Positions 19,430-20,551 of a DNA stretch of 20,551 bases are shown here, piece after piece. The notes beneath the pieces were generated by a model, which searched no databases, was not told where the DNA came from, and saw only the letters and a list, made by a program, of their open reading frames with translations. Positions within the stretch are counted from its first letter, which is position 1. The number at the start of each line of letters is the position of its first letter. The position numbers and the translations under genes are program-made. Origin of the DNA: Octopus sinensis (taxonomy: Eukaryota); contig NW_021823991.1 of assembly GCF_006345805.1 (NCBI RefSeq), positions 1 through 20,551 of the forward strand. Direction: 5' to 3'.

Positions 19430-20290
19430 ATATGGAAACAGTGCTATGACCTACCTTTGCTGGCTTGGAGTCTTGAAGTCTGGGATATAAAGTTATTGTC
19501 CTTTGTTCCGTCAGATTCTGGAAGGATTGATGAGTTATGAGGAGACCTTCGACCCTTTTCCGCTCAAAGAAGGGTCGAGGAAGCTACCCTTTAAAAAACA
19601 GGAGCTGTGAGTCTGTTGGACAGTCGGGGACAGAGCGAGTTAGTGACAGGTGGTTCTGCCGGAGATAGAGAATGTGAAAGAGGAAGACAGACAGAGAGGA
19701 ATAAGGAGCTGAGAAGGAACTGGGAGAGATTACGGCGAGAGGGCATGGTCATTACAGTAGAAGTTTCTGAAATTGTTGCAGACTGGAAAGAAACGTTCGG
19801 TAAAGTTTTGTTTGTGTCTTTTGGTTGTTGTATTTTGATGTGAAATGAAAAAAAAAAGAGAATTGATGTGTTAAAAAAAGAGAAAGAAGGAAAGAGGAAA
19901 AGGAAGGAACTGTGTAAAGACATTGTGAAAAGAGTTGTTGAAAAGAAAGAAGGAAGGAGAAGGACTCAAATGTATTGAACAGTATCGTTGATGTGAACAT
20001 TATTTGATTTGAACTGTTGTCTCTGAACTATATCTGCATGCTTTGATTTGTTGTTTTCTTGTTTTCTTGCATTTATTTTCTTTGATGTTGTAATAATTGT
20101 ATAAACTGTTCTTAAATGTAAGCTACTGCCTTCCGCCGTATCTCTCTCTTCCTGTTGTTGTTATCTCCGGTCACCGGTTCGAGTTCGCTGCCATCCCCAC
20201 CACCGTTTTCTCTGTGGCGGATCCCGTTCGACTGAGCCTGGTCAATCGTCGTCGCTCGACTTAGTAGGGTCCCGGGTTCGAGTTGAGCGA
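19430..20290 (-). mobile_element. Candidate degenerate Penelope-like element, N-terminal part of the ORF
   Basis: A long minus frame with few stops (..RKREIRRKAVAYI*EQFIQLLQHQ..MQI*FRDNSSNQIMFTSTIL..) resembles recalled PLE N-termini. It is capped by a hammerhead-like fold-back at 20338-20543. No diagnostic RT motif was recovered. Confidence 0.35.
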
Positions 20291-20337
20291 CGGCAGGTTC
20301 GTAACAATATATTAATCAATATAAGGGTAGCAAAAAA

Positions 20338-20543
20338 TTCAAGAATATTAAGGAATGGCCCTGATAAGCCATTCGACTCACTAAAAAGAGCAGCCAAACT
20401 CCATGCATAGTCCTAAGATGAAAGGGTAAATGTTTTTTATTTCTCCTTTGGTTTCAGAATTATTACTAATTTAGCGGTTGAAGTTTGGCAGCTCTTTTAG
20501 TGAGTCGAATGGCTTATCAGGGCCATTCCTTAATATTGTTGAA
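20338..20543. repeat. Near-perfect inverted repeat (20338-20400 / 20482-20543), 81-nt spacer, abutting (TA)n at the window end
   Basis: AATATTAAGGAATGGCCCTGATAAGCCATTCGACTCACTAAAA(A)GAGC(A/T)GCCAAACT is read on both strands, with 2 substitutions and 1 indel over about 63 bp. Confidence 0.9.
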
Positions 20544-20551
20544 TATATATA

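Noticed and set aside
20176-20283. Two GGTTCGAGT B-box-like motifs about 100 bp apart
   Set aside because: No properly spaced A box or tRNA fold was found.

Overview
AT-rich, microsatellite-saturated eukaryotic DNA with no recognisable host protein-coding gene, rRNA, true tRNA or CRISPR array. The SINE families and (TA)n/(CA)n density look like an octopod cephalopod genome (inferred from recalled octopus SINE motifs, not a database search). The window is a mosaic of transposon remnants: a 5'-truncated, apparently young CR1-group LINE (626-2245), a Mag-like Ty3/gypsy gag-protease fragment (7533-8541) joined tail-to-tail to an R4/Dong non-LTR fragment (8541-10060), three RTE fragments (two with 5' inversions), a DD37D (maT) transposase remnant, probable Helitron ends, several tRNA-derived SINE families and several AT-rich modules resembling Penelope-like element (PLE) terminal repeats. 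The most interesting signals are: (i) a near-canonical type I hammerhead ribozyme whose halves are split across a tandem triplication (2371-3405); (ii) a recurring architecture of about 63-bp fold-back arms carrying degenerate hammerhead cores and ending in (TA)n (5888-6107, 20338-20543), plus a related 128-bp fold-back enclosing a foreign RTE fragment (6151-6523); and (iii) a clean twin-priming-type 5' inversion in an RTE LINE (16940-18009). Many homopolymer indels suggest long-read consensus errors, so the tandem and fold-back structures need read-level confirmation. All translations, alignments and counts were done by eye.
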